From: Gnetum montanum
Lineage: Eukaryota; Plantae; Gnetophyta
Direction: 5' to 3'
Assembly (NCBI GenBank): GCA_015680685.1
Contig: MNCI01002682.1
Coordinates: 62,001-126,000 of the forward strand
Length of the DNA: 64,000 nucleotides
This document shows positions 61,247 to 64,000 of the stretch, one piece after another (position 1 is the stretch's first letter; each line of letters begins with the position of its first letter). The notes under the pieces are model-generated. The model was not told where the DNA came from. It worked only from the letters and a program-made list of their open reading frames with translations, and ran no database searches. Both the position numbers and the translations under genes were made by a program.

Positions 61247-62947
61247 TGAACACCACTAATTTTGGCCTAACACTTTGAAACAAGAACAACTCAAAGCCTC
61301 TTGAGCTTTTGGGAGGCAAAAATTTGGCTAAGGCATGTAACTCACTTTGAGCTTGTCAAGCTGGGCTTGCCCTCAGCCTCAGCAACTCCAACAACTTCAA
61401 GATCAAGTCAAAGATGGTCCAATCTAAGGGTGCAAGTCATCCTCAAGGATCACTGTTGTCCACTTCAAGTTTCAGCATTCGGGAGTTCAAATTTTGGGCC
61501 AAATTATAGAAATTGTACAAATTTTCTCACTTACGCTGTGGTCACGCTGGTAGTGTGAGTCCAGTGTGACCAACTCTGAGAGCCTCAAAACCAAGTCGAA
61601 ATGGTTTGATTTCAAAGGTGCAAGTCATGCTGAAGGTTCATTGTTGACAACCTCAAGTCCCAGCGTCTAGAATTCTAGATTTCAGGTCCAAAATTGCAAA
61701 TTTTTTGTAGCTCATGCTGTGGTCACGCTGAGCCCACACTGGTAGCATGAGTCCAACATGAGCTACCAAAAGTGATTTAAAACAAGGCACATCCAAGCTT
61801 AATTTTTGACTTGTAGATCACTCTCGGGGTTAACCACAGTCAGGCAATTTTTGCATTCAAGAAACAGGCTTCAAAGGAGCAAAAATTGGTGTGAAATGTG
61901 TCATTTTTCTCAGGTCATGCTGAGGTCAGTTTGGCAGTGTGAGTACAGCGTGAATCCAACGTGAGTATTGGTCACACCCGGTCAAAAGCATGCCAAACAC
62001 ATGCTGAGGACACACCAAGACAAAATCAATTCACATTAGAAGCTTTGGTGGAATAGAAATGCCTCAAACAGCCACAAAACCACTCAAATCAACATCTTGT
62101 AATAGTCAATCCATGGATCAAGCGAGTCAGAGTCAATTTCTCTTGTTGTACACTATCATTTTTGTAAATTTTCACCATTTGTGAGCTTGTCAAGCTCTTA
62201 CACTCCAAATTGTATCTGTGGGCGTAAGCTAGCTTGCATAAGCTAACACATGTTGTAAGATGCAGTGCATCTGGTGAAGAATGTAGCTTGCCTATGCATG
62301 TCCAATTCACACACAGCTGTCTATCAAACACATGTCACATGATCCATTTTCCTCTCATCTCTTAGCCATTGATTCCATCCATTAATTCCGTGACCGAGCC
62401 TAGCCAAACCTTATAAATACCCTGTCCATTCACATAAAGGGGGTTCACAATTTTGAAGGTTGATGGCTTTGGAAGCATTGATTGGAAACTTTGGACGCTC
62501 AGGCACACGTGACTCCTAGCATCCAAGCACCCATAAACAAATCACTTCGGGGCTTAACGCTTGATTTTCCATTCACACACACAACTACGCTTTGACTGGT
62601 GCACATATTTTTTAAGCAATAGAATATAGTTCATTATTACCTTCCATTTACATTGTTTGATTTGTTTATGCTTTGTTTACAATACAGTTTTGTATATGCT
62701 CTATTTGTATTTCGTGCGTCACTGTTTATATTTTGTACATCATCAATTATGATAACCCTAGCACTAGCCATAGCTTACACTCAGGGAAGTCCTTGGTTGA
62801 TTTGCATGCAGACCATCCAAGGCACTCTGCCTTCGTTTCCTTTTCCAGCTTGCCCTCATGCGAAGGCAGGGTCAGCTGTGTCTCTTCGACAATCTTTCGA
62901 TGTTTGTTTTCCCTTCCTGCCTCACATTGACGATTTTGGTCAGTAAA
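61247..62947 (+). repeat. Tat 3' LTR
   Basis: Direct repeat of 44167-45834; terminal CA mutated to AA; followed by TSD ATCAT. Confidence 0.93.
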
Positions 62948-64000
62948 ATCATGATAAATATTTAATTATTTAAATATGATTTGTATCCATTTTTTTAAAT
63001 TCATAATAACTCTAACAAAATTCCACTATCTAGTCAAACCATTTTGAACTCCTTCATTAAGCCTTTTCCATGTTTCTCTCCAGACTAACTTTCCACCACA
63101 TTTTAATAATTCTGCTTACAATCCTTTTGCATCTACAACTTTTCTAGAAGTTAATTTCTCAATCCATATACTATTTCATCATACATAAGCTATAAAATAT
63201 ATAAGAGCATGCAACTAGTTATGGTATTTGTCTTGTGATGAAACAAATTTTTGTAAAACCCTTTATGTTTGAAAATGAAATATCATTACTAGAGAAACTT
63301 TATTTCTAAAAAGGTTTCCAAAAATTTTGTGGATATTTCTTTAATATTAGAAAAAAATAGAGCACATCATATTATATTAATAACAAACAAACACCAAAAC
63401 AATAACAAAAAGGCAAGACCCAATGATTTTGGGAATGCCCTTGTAGATCTTCATCTTTATAACTAATCTTTAAAATCCTTTCCTTTGGTGTCACAAAAAG
63501 AGATGCTGGAACACAAAAGAATGACTCCACTCTAAGACATATAGCCAAGAAAGTATATTTGAAGAATTTTAGAGGAATATAAAAATGCATCAAGTGCAAT
63601 TTATATTGGTAACCTCTTGAAGGTAGAGAGCTAATCAACTAAGCCACATATCATGAGTTTTCTACAACAAGGTTACTTCAATTTACTTTAACCCTTTGAA
63701 ACACACCAAATCTAGAACGTATACAAGATAATTTAATTGCAAGAAAACAAGAGAGCTAGCTATTTTTTATTAATTTTGAAAGAAGATTATAAATACATTG
63801 GATCCATAGACCCACAAAACATCATACCAAAACACTCATATGCTCAACAATATTCCAAAGTAGGAGGCTCTACAACCACTCATAGGATGGACCTTAATGC
63901 AAGGTACAATTGAACTAGACCTCTTTCTCATACATAAGATTGAGATCCAAGCATAGAGATACAATGGCCAATATCACATACATGATTGACTGATAAGATG
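62948..64000 (-). mobile_element. Old LINE, upstream part (continuation of 43371-44166)
   Basis: Joins across the ATCAT TSD; same strand-biased decayed LINE composition. Confidence 0.5.

Larger units (their letters stand above)
44167..62947 (+). mobile_element. Full-length Ty3/Gypsy Tat-lineage (Ogre/Retand-type domain order) LTR retrotransposon, 18.8 kb, degenerate
   Basis: LTRs 44167-45834 and 61247-62947; TSD ATCAT; PBS TGGCGCTAGAAGGAGGG (tRNA-Asn complement) at 45841; PPT at about 61234-61243. Domain order gag, PR, RT, RH, archaeal-type RH, integrase. Confidence 0.95.

Overview
Land-plant nuclear DNA: AT-rich, with spliceosomal introns and heavy C>T/G>A decay in repeats. It holds two convergent host genes. 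One is the 3' half of a DJ-1C/PfpI gene (+, four exons 11345-17370; its 5' exons were not found, so probably upstream). The other is a complete 12-coding-exon ASAP1-like SMC5/6-associated gene (-, 29367-20659, 467 aa). The rest is transposon-derived: L1 and RTE LINE remnants, SINEs, solo LTRs, an internally deleted Athila-type Ty3 element (35316-43370, -) and an 18.8-kb Tat-type Ty3 element (44167-62947, +); both Ty3 elements are inserted into one old LINE. The Tat element is the most unusual part. (i) About 6.5 kb separates gag-protease from RT and carries an antisense, multi-intron gene: a catalytically dead FCP1/NIF (CTD-phosphatase-like HAD) domain fused to a plant-transposon domain and a charged helical tail. 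(ii) Three arrays of about 18 short units sit right after the gag-PR stop, right before pol and right after the integrase stop. Their two covarying stems predict an H-type RNA pseudoknot with a conserved GAC-NN-TAAAC core, resembling the viral Xrn-resistant coremin/Box1 motif.
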